NCBI GenBank assembly: GCA_030704615.1
Contig: CM060731.1
Coordinates: 13,764,001-13,828,000 of the forward strand
Reading direction: 5' to 3'
DNA length: 64,000 nucleotides
Source of the DNA: Takakia lepidozioides
Lineage: Eukaryota > Plantae > Bryophyta
Below are positions 37,765 to 49,947 of this stretch, one piece after another. Below the pieces are notes generated by a model. The model ran no database searches, had not been told where the DNA came from, and saw only the letters and a program-made list of their open reading frames with translations. The stretch's first letter is position 1, and each line of letters opens with the position of its first letter. The translations under genes and the position numbers were made by a program.

Positions 37765-40697
37765 ATGGGAGCCAGAGGCCCACCCAAAAGGGGGTACCGA
37801 TGGGCAATCCTGATGAACTTCATTGCTGGGCTGTTGTTGGCAAGAAGGTCCCATGCCAAAGAATCGGGGCCTGCTTTGTTTGTGTTCGGTGACTCCACTG
37901 TGGATACTGGGACCAACTCCTACATCAACACCTCTGCTGATTTCAGGTCGAACTACGCCCCCTACGGACAGGACTATTTTGGCAAGCCCACTGGGCGCTT
38001 CTCAAATGGCCGTGTTGTTGTGGACTTCATTGGTAAGCATCTGAACGTATATTCTCACTCTTGTTCTCTGTCTTCTTAAGTGGTTCATTGTTTATGGCTA
38101 AACGTAGACATCTATATCCTTTTCCATAGTCTTGACTTCAGATAAAAAAGCCAGCCTGCCTCTACACATGAATTACATAGTGCTCTGGATTCTCGAACCC
38201 ATTGTACACACAATGCAGAGCAGCAATGGATTCACCGTGGACATTCATGAGTCCCACTGTACCTATGCACCTGTCTGTAGCCGTTGGAGGCAAAAATTCC
38301 TCTGGATTTGAGACGTCACCTATATACGCAGGACCAACATGGGCTGTAACTTTATCAAAAGACGCCTTCATCCACTTGGCCCAATGCAGATCATAGCAGT
38401 TGTTCGCAGCTATGGGTCGATAACAGAATCTTTGGGTCACTTATACACATGCACAGAGTGGACTTTGTCGGGATGGGTGCAGCTGAATATGCAGGGATTC
38501 CCTTAATCCCGCCATATCTGCAGCCTGATGCTGACTACTCTCACGGTGTCAATTTCGGATCTGGTGGCGGGGGCGTCCTGAATGAAACCAACCACGGCTT
38601 GGTAATCTCTCTCTCTCTCTCTCTCTCTCCCTGGGAAAACTAACAATTCCATCTGTCACGCCGACAACATCACTCCTCAGGGTGATTCCTGGTGTTTACT
38701 TATGCCAAATCTAGGGCTTCATGTGTAGTTCTTGGGGTGAATCCCAGGATGGACGATGTGTCCTTAAAACTACCTGCTCCAGCTTAGGCTTGGATTATGT
38801 GGCTAATGGCTCCATCTTGAGACTTGATAACAGAGGTACTCTGAAGATTTCAATGTCTAAAAATGCTACAAATAGACTCTCTAACCTCCAGGAAGACAGC
38901 CAAGGTGGGGACGTCAACTTGAAAGTTTCTAACCAGTTTGAAGCCCTCAATGAGGTTGATACGAAGCAGCCAGACAGGCTAGCTGACCCTATGTGTGCTG
39001 AGTCTGAGCGTCATGTGACTGAAGGATATGGTACTCTGAATGGTTTGCCAATCCTCAATGTTTACACAAGATGATCAAAATCTACACACGGGGTACTTGA
39101 ACCCCCTTTGCAGATCAGTTGGTCTGGCTGAACCTGTAATTGAAGGGCACTCTTGCAGAATAGTGGGGGATTCTCTGGAGGACTGAGGATGATGCCTGAG
39201 CACCTCAGTTCTGGCTGTAGTAGATTGATTTGTTGCCTACTTTTCTCTGATGAGGAATTAGAGAAACGACCACTGGCTATGCTGGAGGCAATATGCATGA
39301 CAATGCAATTCCAGGCAATTGCTGATTGCAAGTTTGGGTGGTCGGCATGGCTGCTTTCCAAACTGGGCACGGGCCTTTTTTTAGTTTACCTGCACAGCTC
39401 AATGAAGGCATTTTGCTGAAATTCACTGGCATAATGTGGGAATGCAGGTTGTGGACTTCAAAACTCAAATCGTTCAGTTTGGGGAGCTCCAGGAAGCAAT
39501 TATCCAGAACCATGGAGAAGTATATGCAAATAAGCTCTTCACGGAAGCTGTGTACTTGATAAGCATGGGCAGCAACGACTACTTGGGGTATTTCGGGAAC
39601 CCAGCCCAGCGACAAAAATATACCCCTGAGCAACTTGTGGGTGCTGTCGTAACAGGAATTGCCGAAGGGATTCAGGTACACCTCAAGGACAAAGATATTA
39701 GGTCCTTGCCACTGTGTGCCCCCAAAAGAAGATCCTTCCTTCTCATACACTTTAGATAGGAGAGTTGGCTATTAGCTGATTTGAGAAAGAGTGGAGCCCC
39801 TGGTAGTTGTTTGTCACTAACTCATGAAACCTGGGGTGATCTACACAGACACTATATATGAGGGGGGCACGCAAGCTGATGGTTTTTGGGGTCGGACCCC
39901 TTGGATGCCTGCCGGCTATGCGTGCAGCGGCGCAGACGGGCGGTTGTATCGACGCAGCCTCAGATCTTGGTGCGGCGCACAATGGAGGAATGAATTTGGC
40001 TCTAGATAAGCTGCAAGCTGCGTTACCAGATTTTGCCATTATGAAGGGACATTTCTTCGGGTTTTTGTTGGAACGTTTGGAGGATCCGTCTACCTACGGT
40101 ACGTTGGTCTGCAGCACCTTACAGTGGGGACCTTTGCTACTAATTTTAGCAGCCAGTGTAATCCTATCATAGTTGGATTCAAATACATGACAAATTGCGT
40201 GTCAATATTATTTGCTGGGATGCTGGTTTGATTCCTTCTGGTTCTGTATTTCAATATAGCCAAGCAAGTCTTCTGTAACCTGAGGTACACATGCTCTCCC
40301 TCCTATATTCGTCCATTCACATTTGTGCTCTGGTTTGTGCTATGTGCATTAACAACTCCTGTTTGGTATTGCAGAGTTCAAGGATGCGCTGAAGGCGTGC
40401 TGTGGGGCCGGGCCCTATGGGGGTGGTGGCCCTTGTGGGAGGGTTGATGAGAACACTGGTGAAAACTATGAGCTGTGCAGCAATGCAAATGAGCATATAT
40501 GGTGGGACCCGTATCACCCATCAGAAGGCCTTCATGAACAGTTTGCCAAGACAGTGTGGAACGGCGCTATGCCATATGTAGAGCCTTTCAATGCAAACCA
40601 GTTGTTCAAACAGTCGGCAGGCCCCCTTTGTTCAGACGGTCCTGACGCTTTCATCCGCAACCCAATAGAACAGGTACTGTCACAGTCAATTAGCTAG
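37765..40697 (+). CDS. GDSL esterase/lipase (SGNH hydrolase); exons ~37765-38032, 38483-38601, 39448-39675, 39849-40098, 40375-40697
   Basis: FVFGDS, PYGQDYFGKPTGRFSNGR, GVNFGSGGGG, GSNDY, GARK..GPLGCLP, ACCG and WWDPYHP motifs; GT-AG introns that keep the frame; typical 5-exon plant GDSL layout. Confidence 0.93.
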
Positions 40698-41177
40698 TAA
40701 CTTCTTGGTAGGAAACCTCACTTTGACAAATACCATCAGCCCAAGTGGATGTCTTTGTGATAGGAAAGTGTGCTAGTCTCTACAGTGTACAGGAATGCAA
40801 GATCGCTGTACAAAACACTGCTCTTCTAATGTTTAAAATCAAGTTAAGTTTCTACAGTTGTGGGGCTAGATATTTGGAGATCCCTCTAATTTTAGCCCGT
40901 TTGAAGTGATTTCTAAGTTGGGTATCTGCTTCCCTCCAATCCCTTTGTTGTCAATGGATTGGCCCTTGTCCAGGGATCCAAATGATACCTCAGATGCTCT
41001 GCTCTAATTAGTTGCTTGTGGAGTAACTTCCATCATTGCCGTAATGGAGTACCTTAATCAATTATTAACCTGTTGCCAGAGTTGATCCCACGAACTTTCA
41101 TTATTGCATGTAGCCATCACCGAATAGGGATCAACACAACTACATTGGCCAGCCATGGCAACCTTATCGGCCTTCAT

Positions 41178-42982
41178 CTAGGTGATATGAAAGGATGGAT
41201 CAGCTTCGAGAGCTTCCAGGACATTTGCTGGGAGATGTAGAGAGATTGTCACATTCTCAGAAGCAGATGCGCTGGGCTGCATGAAGAACTTCCCATCAAG
41301 AGCTGGACTGGTAGGCTCGCTGTTCCTCACAGCATAGAAGGGTCTACCCCAGCCATAGTCAAGCTCTAATATTGGGAACCATCTCCAGCTTGAAGTGAGT
41401 AGGTCACGGCCATATTTCGAAGAAGGTAAAGTCACGTGAACTTTGGATCCTAACTTGTGCAACTCTACCCAATCCAGAATAGAGGCATAAGCCTCCCCTG
41501 TCATTGCAGTGAGTGAATCATGAATGAGGCCGGCAGCAAATCCTAAAGGTTTGCTCAGAAGCATCTCCACAGTTGTACTAGAGGAGGCGATGAAAACCAC
41601 ATTCCCAAAGTACCCCGTTGGAAGGCCCATGCGTTTCCTTAGATCCACGGCAACGTGGTATCCTATCTCCTCTGTAACTGGAACAGATGGCTTGAGGGTG
41701 CGTCGAGCTTTAGTAACACTCTTCCATAGATGAGCAGAAAGGCACTCAACTGAGCTGAAAGGGCCCTCCTTTCCTCCGTTGGTTGCAGTAAATTTCAATT
41801 TGTCAATCTGCTCCTTGGTGAACTCAAACCCCCTCAAAGTGCTCTTCACCATTTCAGAGCCTTTTGGACCTGCATGTGCGTGTTCACTAGTCCGTTTCTC
41901 CAGTGTACTGTGTGACTCCACGGAGGTCGGTGATGACAAGACTACTGGTGTGGTATGAGGGGGCGTAGGAGGATGTCTCGATTTCAATAGCCAGCGATCG
42001 TGGTTGGGAAGAAGAGAGATTTTTGATCCACGAGATTCTTCAGCCCAGGCTTTCATGAAATGTGTCCCAGAAAATCCATCGCAAACCATGTGATGCCAAT
42101 TTCCAGCGAGAGCCATACCCCCGCACTTGAAGAACGTCACCTGATTTTACAAAGATGAGGTGGGCGAGTGTGGGATTGACTCTTTGTCGTCAACTATCAA
42201 GAGGTGATCAATGGGACAAAAATCTTGATCGATTTATACTTTTGTGATTTCGGATTTCGTTCTCACCAGCAGCACTGAATCATGCACGGAATAAAACCAC
42301 AAAAAACTCGAGGTATGAGAAGTTCTAGAATAACAAACCTGGACGATACAAACAGGAATGTCAATGGACCCCGCATCATAGAAGGAGCCGGAACCTGCAC
42401 TCAGTTCATCCATGACCGCTTGCACTCCAGAAAGCAGAGGGTCACCTTCACACTTGTTCACAGGCACTACATCGCAGAGGTCCGCATCCTCATACGCCTC
42501 CAAAAACACCACCCCGGCGTCGTTACAGTAAATTTGGGGACCTTAAGAAACGACACAATACACATTCGCAAGATCTCAATATCGCACACTGAGGGTATTG
42601 CACATCAATTTATCAAGCTCAATATTGGAAGGCTTTATCGGTATGATGATGAAGCAGGAATTCTGAACATTGTACAATCTTGTCTACCTTGTTCTCGCAG
42701 TCGAAGGCGGCCGGCCATGGGATAGAAATGCACTAGCACCCTTGCAAGAGAATCCTTCAACTTCTCTACAGCTCTAGCGGGAGTTCCCACATTTCCAGCC
42801 ACACACTCTGCGTTGTACAAAACAAGCAGAGGGGTGTAGTAGTGGGGAGGTATTTGGTCCGCATTCGAAAGAGGGAGCCAGTGCCGCTGGGTGGGAGTGG
42901 CAGGCCCAACCGTTGTGGTGGCCATCTTGGTGAATCTTGAGTCCCCGTCGGCCTCACTTCTCGTGCTACCAAGGTCACCCAT
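41178..42982 (-). CDS. BAHD acyltransferase (HCT-like superfamily); exons 42982-42688, 42541-42339, 42140-41178
   Basis: LKDSLARVLVHFYPMAGRL, CNDAGV, Q|VTFFKCGG (intron at the conserved Q position), HHMVCDG (HxxxD), GYFGN and DYGWG (DFGWG variant). Confidence 0.93.
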
Positions 42983-44157
42983 CCCTGTGACAGATATGGT
43001 TCAAAGTACACAATGGTGATGGGATAGTAACTCTTGCGAAATCTCCTGCAATTGCTTCGTGCCAATTCTTCCGCAACTGGACTGCGACTTCTGAATGCGG
43101 GAGATGGGTGGAGATGGGGGTTGATCGGGTGTTTGTACCGCAGCCCTCGCTAAGACATTAAATGCTGCTCACCATCCTGCATCCTCCATTCAGCAAGTGG
43201 GCTTGACCAGACCAGGCTCTGCGTCCACTTCTTTTCACATTGTTGAATCCTTCTTAAAACCTTTGAAAACTTTAGTGTACTCGATACAGTTCCAGTGGAT
43301 GTGGGCATTTCGGCGTGCCCCGCAGTCTCAGGAGGCAGAAATTCCTTGGGCAGGTTTCAGGAACTTTCCGTTGTACCTTCAGACTAGAGTCTCGTGTTCT
43401 CGTTCACATGCTTTGTTCGTCCTTCCTTCGTCGTCTGGACAAAGAACCTCTTCCCGGTGTGGGTCGCAAGAGAAAGTGGAGAAACAAGGTGGAGCTTTTG
43501 ACTGGTAGTCAAAAGGTGGAGCTTGTTCCTCCAATTTTCTCTGGGGACCCATCCTGAAGACCAATCCATGGTTGCACAAACGGCACTCACAAGTCTCTAC
43601 TACCTCCCTGGACAAGTCTCAAAGAGTCTTGCGTATGGTCTTTACCTTACAATACCTTCCATGCTGGGGAATTACCTGTGTGGGGGTATTATGGTATCGA
43701 CAACGCGGACGGGTCCAAGACGGGGCGTGGATTCCAACTGCCACAGGAGGAAGAGGGACTCACAAATCTAGGATTGGTAGTATGGACGAGTAATGTTTAG
43801 AAGGAAGGGAGTAGTGAATCCGTGTGGTTGGATGCATAGAGAGGAAGAATTGATCCAGACATTACGCACGACGATCGTGAGTCCTCTTAGAAATGGGTTG
43901 TAGTTTGGCACGCAGAGAGTCAGGCGTTGATCCAGTCAAATAATCAGGAAATGTGATTTGGAAGGTTCAAGGAGATTTGAGCTCGTGGTAAGTGAATTGC
44001 TAGAAATGGAGGGCCTACTTATCCGTGAATCTTGTCGGTGTAATCATGAAAACAATTGAAGGGGTTCTTGTCAGGGAGAGCTTCAAATTCATGAGGTGGG
44101 AGGGTGTTGCATTCTAAAATCGGCCTCGACTGGACAGAGCATCAAGCAGCAGTCGAA

Positions 44158-44268
44158 ATGTTTTACTCACAGCTGATATTGGCGAAGAACGGGCCTCTGG
44201 GAACGATTTGGATTGCGGCACATTTGGAGCGCAAGCTGCGGAGAAACCAGGTCGCCCAAACTAACATC
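44158..44268 (+). pseudogene. RAD21: N-terminal fragment of cohesin kleisin RAD21/SCC1
   Basis: MFYSQLILAKNGPLGTIWIAAHLERKLRRNQVAQTNI is the Rad21/Rec8 N-terminal signature; no continuation seen. Confidence 0.8.
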
Positions 44269-44452
44269 TGCGTTCCCGAAATCGTTTGCATTTATTGTTG
44301 GTTTCAGTGCTGCATTTAGGCACGAATGAAGCGAGGAACCATGGGCTTTTCCTCCCTAAGACGTGAGAAGTTTAGCTCACCGCTGCTTCTGGGTTGCAGT
44401 TGGCTTCCCTGGCATCGGACAATTCCATGCATTCATTTTACATGGATGTATG

Positions 44453-44623
44453 GAATACTTTTTGACCACAAACGCTGTCCCTGTTCCGACCCGTCGCTGT
44501 CCCTGTCACACCCCTAACAAACCCTGTCACACCCATAACAACATCAACGCGATGTTCTTCACAACGAGTTGTCACGGGTGTGACAGGGTTTGTTATGGGT
44601 GTAGATGTGGTCAAAAAGTATTC
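44453..44623. repeat. Small foldback element / hairpin (~170 bp)
   Basis: 18-bp inverted ends GAATACTTTTTGACCACA / TGTGGTCAAAAAGTATTC plus inner arms AACAAACCCTGTCACACCC / GGGTGTGACAGGGTTTGTT. Confidence 0.75.
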
Positions 44624-44989
44624 ACTAAGTGTGTACCATTTGACCACATCTACACCCTTCAATACATCAACATGATGTGCCAAAAGATGCTTCAAGCCAA
44701 AGCATCTACCCAAATATGCTTCTCCACTACTGGTTGTTAGCAAGTCGTTGTTATGAAATGTTCCTAACAACCCACTTGTTAACAACTAGTTGTTCCCAAC
44801 ATCCCTCTTGTTATTAACCTACTTGTTCCCATCCTACCGGCAATTTCCAGGAGGCATTCATATTCATTACATCACATACCATGTCATAATATCAGATCCA
44901 TGATGTCAGATGCCTATGTATATCTCATGCCACACATGAGTATTTTATTGCCCTGCATATCCAATTGCCACTCTGAATGAAGTGGGGCC

Positions 44990-47700
44990 CACGGGACTGC
45001 TCAAGCGACCGCCGCCACCGCCGGTCGCCCGGCACTCTCAAACTAACCCTGGGCGACCGCCCCAGCGGTCGCCCCGTCATAGAGGCGGCCGTCGAAGCCA
45101 TCGCCCATCGTTACCCTGTCCGCTTCCCGCCCCGCCCAAACAGCCATCCCGGACCGCCGAGCGCTGACGTGCCCTAGGCAACCACCCCAACGGTCGCCCC
45201 GCCGTAGAGGCGACTGACGAAGCCGTCGCCCACCGTTACCTTGTCCACTTCCCGCCCCGCCGGGCGACGGCCCCGCCCATCGCCATTTTCTCGCGGCCCA
45301 CCCATGGGCCCCATTGAGGACCGCCAGCCCGGACAACCATCCTGGACCGCCTGCCCGGACCGCCGAGCGCCGACATGGACCGCCCAGGAAATCGGTCCGC
45401 TTCGTCAGCCCTGTGGGGTGTCTCGAAGAACGGTACTCGCAGGGCACACCCTTGCAGAGGTATCACCGGCAAATCGTCGTCCTGTTGCATACACCAGCAG
45501 AGGTATAGTCTGGAATCCACTGTCTACATCCCTGTCGTTGTATCGCCTGTAAGTCCATGCCCTGTTCCAAGGAGACACCAGAGGCAGGGTTCGTGAGTCA
45601 TAGCGTACATCCTTTAAGAGATATCACCGGGAGCCTCCATTTTCGGATGGTCGCCGCGTATTTCTCAAAAATGCTGAACCCGCCAAGTCATGTGCTCGCG
45701 GGCCTATATTCTTTAGGCGGGCGACCGCGAATATGGTCGCCCATTGTCATCCGTAAACGGGCGACTGTTATTAAGGTGAAGCATGAATGTGCCCGCCACT
45801 TCCTGCACCTCCCGACCACCCATCAGATGGGTGACCGCTGTTACGGTCGCCCGTGGTCATGCTTAAAAGGGCGACTGTCTACGGCTGTCGCCCGTAATGA
45901 AGGTGAAGCTGGAACACCATCTGAGGGTGATGTGTGGATGTCTTTCACTGCGCACTCCTTTGTAAGGGTATCAGCTGAAAACGGCGTCCTATTGCATATA
46001 CCAGTAGAGGTATAGTCTGTCACAAGCAGAGGACATCCTTGTAAGGGTATTACCCTTAAATTTATGCCCTGTTCTATACCCCAATAGAGGTGGACTCTGT
46101 TAGTCACAAGTTTATGTCCTTCCAGAGGCATCACCCCGGAATCATATGTCTGTTTTATGGAACATGGTGGTCCTAAGGATGGCCAATGTGATTGCGTCTT
46201 CACATTTTGATTTTCATAGGGATTTGGAGGCTTCAAAGTCGTCCCATTTCAGTATGTTAGCAAGGGAAGTTTTATTGGGCTGGGGTTGTTGGGGGGGGGG
46301 GGGGGGGGGAGCTAGTGTGTGAGCAGCCTTCGTTAAGCGTGAGCAGATCTCTTAAGCGTGAGCACATAAGGGAAGCGGAGGCTATAGCCGTGGGAAAAGC
46401 AGGACATATTGTCGTGAGGGCAATGTTGAGTGGAACAGAGGGTAACATACGATGCTTGGGACCTAAGACGTCGAGTTCCATGCATGAAAATTTGAGAGGA
46501 ATGTGTGGCGAAATTCTTAAGGATTAATGGTTATGTGGAATGGATAAATGTAGGATGAATGCAGGATGACAAAAGATGGATGAATGAACCATGGATGACA
46601 GCAACACGCGGTTAATTTCGGAGAACTTGAAATCAACCTTGTGTCAACACGAGGTTGATTTCCGAGGACTGGAAATCAACCTTGTGGCAACACGAGGTTG
46701 ATTTCCGAAGCTTAAATACATACTCAGATCTTTAATTTGATGGCACTTCCACCCACATGTTTGGATCAAACTATTGAGTGTTACATTGTAGAGACCCTTA
46801 GAAGAGTAGTAGTTCAGCTTGAGAAAAAAGATGATCCGACATCATTTGTCAATGTGAGTGACCCCATTAGTATGTTCCTGTATCCTCCTTGTATTTTATA
46901 GATAACTAGAAGCACTTCATGCTTCGAATATGCATCTGAGTATGTGAATCAACATAGCCATATGAACTTGGTAGCTTTGGCAGGGAAGCTGTAGACAAAA
47001 CTGTGAAGGCTTCCAAATTACTTCAGCTGTTTACAAATTGACTACAAAATAGCAGCGCAGCTCAACAATTAACAACACATCATTGCTTGCAAAAGTTGCC
47101 CACTTATTGAGATTTCGCCGCCTTGATTCCTCAGCAGCATGCTCCTCATTACTGGACACTGTCGCACCTCCTCCTCCTTGTTGGACAGTCCTATGGCTCT
47201 TGTAAGCATTGTTGAGGCGGTTGCCCACTTCTGTTTTTTAAAGAGAAAGGTACCGGAGGCCCTTTCCTCAGATAAAATTAAAAAAAAGGTACAAAGACGT
47301 GGAAAAATAACCAGCTAGGGGCCTTTTTCTATGTATAGAGGGGACCGCTTCAGCGGTCACCGGAAGTTCTCTCTGGCATGACCGCCAAGCGGCCGCCTGG
47401 TGATCTCCTGAGCGGTCACCCCCCAAACCCAAAACATTGAAACGTGCACCGCCCCAGCGGTCGCCCCTGGAACCATTTACATTTAAACGTCGACCGTCAC
47501 CGCCGACGGGCAACGGTCCCAATCCCGGCGGTCCCAATATCGGCGGTCGGGATTTAAATATGTTGTATCAGGACTGCCAACAACCCCGTTCTATTACCAC
47601 ATAAACATATTTGTTCTATGGGGACGGCCAGGTCCGGCGGTCCCATTCGCTTCATTAAAGTAAATAATATCGGGACCGCCCGTTCACTTACGAACATTTT
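44990..47700. repeat. GC-rich clusters of GGGCGACCGC/GCGGTCGCCC and GGGACCGCC/GGCGGTCCC motifs (44990-45400, 45715-45895, 47340-47700); probably subterminal repeats of a non-autonomous DNA transposon
   Basis: Repeated short inverted pairs such as gggcgaccgccccagcggtcgccc (45051-45074); internal duplications 45050-45135/45175-45260 and 45460-45512/45968-46019. Confidence 0.55.
46600..46706. repeat. Two full (plus one half) copies of the TCAACCTTGTGT-nn-ACACGAGGTTGA palindrome
   Basis: gaaatcaaccttgtgtcaacacgaggttgatttc (~46629-46662) and ggaaatcaaccttgtggcaacacgaggttgatttcc (46671-46706). Confidence 0.85.
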
Positions 47701-48476
47701 CCCGGCACCCCGCCTGCACAGCGACAAACGTTGGGGGGCAGGGGGCATGGGTATGTAAGGCCAGACCTCAAGCCGCCTATCCCCTTTCCTCTCGTCTTGT
47801 GTGAGAGTGGTTCTGGGTCATCAGATGCTCAACATTTTATTGCCTGGGACCGCGCGCACAAGGGGAAAATCTTCTTTTGGGGGTTGGAGACGGTGGGTTA
47901 GGGTTTCCATTTCCATTTTCTCCCCTGCATTTTCCTCCATCGGGTTGCGCACGCAAAGGAACAAATTTGGGGGAGAGGGAGGGGGGGCGTTTAGAATTCA
48001 GTTTCTGGTTACAAAGGAGGCAGAATAGGCGACTTTACATTGCAAATTTATATTGTAGTTGCTTAGCATTTGGGGGCATAGTACCACGTAGGCAAGGTGG
48101 GGCAAAACATATTGGATGCTTCACAGTTGCAAAAGTGCATTTGTTTCCACTGTTTGCCTAGAATACGCGGAATGTTTGCCAGTGCCGTGCCCGGGATTTT
48201 GTTAGGGAGTGGGGGCCGGAGTAGGAAGAGAAAATCTCGCATGCAGGATACAACGACGCTACCGCGTGGCGTGTGAGCGTACGCTCACACAACGATGACG
48301 TGGCGTGACCCTACGCTCACGCAGCTGACGTGGCGCTGATGCTGACGTGGCGAGAGCCTGGTCCAGGTCATGCCACGTCACCACAAAGAAGGTGATCCTA
48401 TAACCGTGGGGCCCCCAACTGCTGATTTCACCACATGAAGGTGAAACGGATGAAGGGTTTCGGGCTTTCCTGGAGT

Positions 48477-48672
48477 TCAACCTTCTGTTAACAGGAGCTT
48501 CATTTCCTAGAACTGAAATGAACGTTGTGTTAACACGAGGTTGACATGAAGTTCTCCGAATCAACCTCGTGTTGACACGATGTTCTTTTCTTAGAACTAA
48601 AATCAACCTTGTGTCGGCACAAGGGGGATTTGGAAAACTCCAAGTAAACCTTGTGTTAACACGAGGTTGATT
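48477..48672. repeat. Five degenerate palindromes at ~42-bp periodicity
   Basis: Copies start ~48477, 48519, 48561, 48603 and 48645 (e.g. tcaacctcgtgttgacacgatgtt, aaaccttgtgttaacacgaggttga). Confidence 0.85.
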
Positions 48673-49225
48673 TGATCATCTGTCTATCTGAAGGTAGTTT
48701 CTTGTGCTTGCTAATGAAAACAGAATGACAGACCAATGCGACAAATGCATTGACCCACGCATAGCAAAGATATTAGACGACAGACATTGAGAGACACTGG
48801 ACTTGAACAGTCATTCCATTACAAGTTGTAGTCAAGGAAAACACAGATTTCGGAGTGTCAAGTGAATGCTTTTTATGGGCTTGTATCCCTCTGTAGAAGT
48901 GTGTTGACTTCGTTGAAACTCATAGTGGCTTGGTGAATGAAGAAGTCCCGCTTTGGATCACAAACCATCCTTCTCAAGAAGACGAAGTAAAGGTGTTTGC
49001 ACGGTATGAACTTCCCCTCTCTTTCCCAAACTACTTGAAAGCATACCAACAAAATCAGGACAGGTACAATTGGGAAAATTGGAAACAGTGATGTCGTACG
49101 TCTTGTCCTACAGCGCAGATGCGGATGAGATCATGGTGAAGACCCGACCATACCCTGGATCAGGAAATTCCATTGTTCCTGCAACACGAGCGTGAAGCAT
49201 TCTCGCGGACTCGATTTTGCCATAG

Positions 49226-49947
49226 TGTCGCGGCCCTTTGCCTTGAGGGCAGGGGGTCGGGACACATGAGGGGCTGCCCCTGTGGTGGGGGCAGCGGCAG
49301 CGATAGGTATGGGGGGGCTGAAGCACCCTTGAGTGCCCAAGGCACTCAAGGGCGGAGGCGCTCACTAGGTGGAGCCCCGCACACCGGGTTGCGGTGGGGT
49401 GGCTCCACAAGGGGTGTGGTAGCTTAGCGGGACTTAGTGGGGGTGGCATAGGACTCACCATGGGGGCGGAGACCTCGTGGTGGGAGTCGTGGGGAGTCTT
49501 GGGACTCATCACGGTCCATAGGGGCCGTGGTGAGTGGGCCAAGACTCACCGCGACTCATCACCGGGAGTCGAGGGTTTTCGTGGTGGTTCGCCATAAAAT
49601 GGCATGGCTGGTTGTGAAACCCCCGCGGACAGCTACAGAAGTATATATAGGGGAGTAGTGACCCCGAGAACGGTGCAAGCCCGTTGGTGACCAAAAACTA
49701 GTGAGTAAGCGAGCGAGCCGGAAAGCGACCAAAGAGTGGGAGCTGTTCCGGACTGCCAACTACCAAAGGGAATTCCACTAGGCCCAAATAGGTGGAGGGT
49801 TTAGTGGGAGAGCGAAGGGGGACCGTTATGTCCCGGTGAGCAGCCGAAGCTCCAAGTTGGCCCGGCGGCCAGGTTGGGAGTCAGGCGCGCGCATCAGAGC
49901 GAAAACTATGACTTGAAGGGGAGCTTACCGAAGTGAGGTGCGCGACA
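49226..49947 (+). repeat. 5' LTR of chromovirus copy 2
   Basis: TGTCGCG...CGCGACA termini, followed by the PBS. Confidence 0.95.

Noticed and set aside
38163-38451. hAT-like insertion in GDSL intron 1 (TACACATG direct repeat)
   Set aside because: No TIRs inside the repeats; could be chance.
43380-44050. Retrotransposon gag relic (PPIFSGDPS)
   Set aside because: Only one short motif; too degenerate to support.
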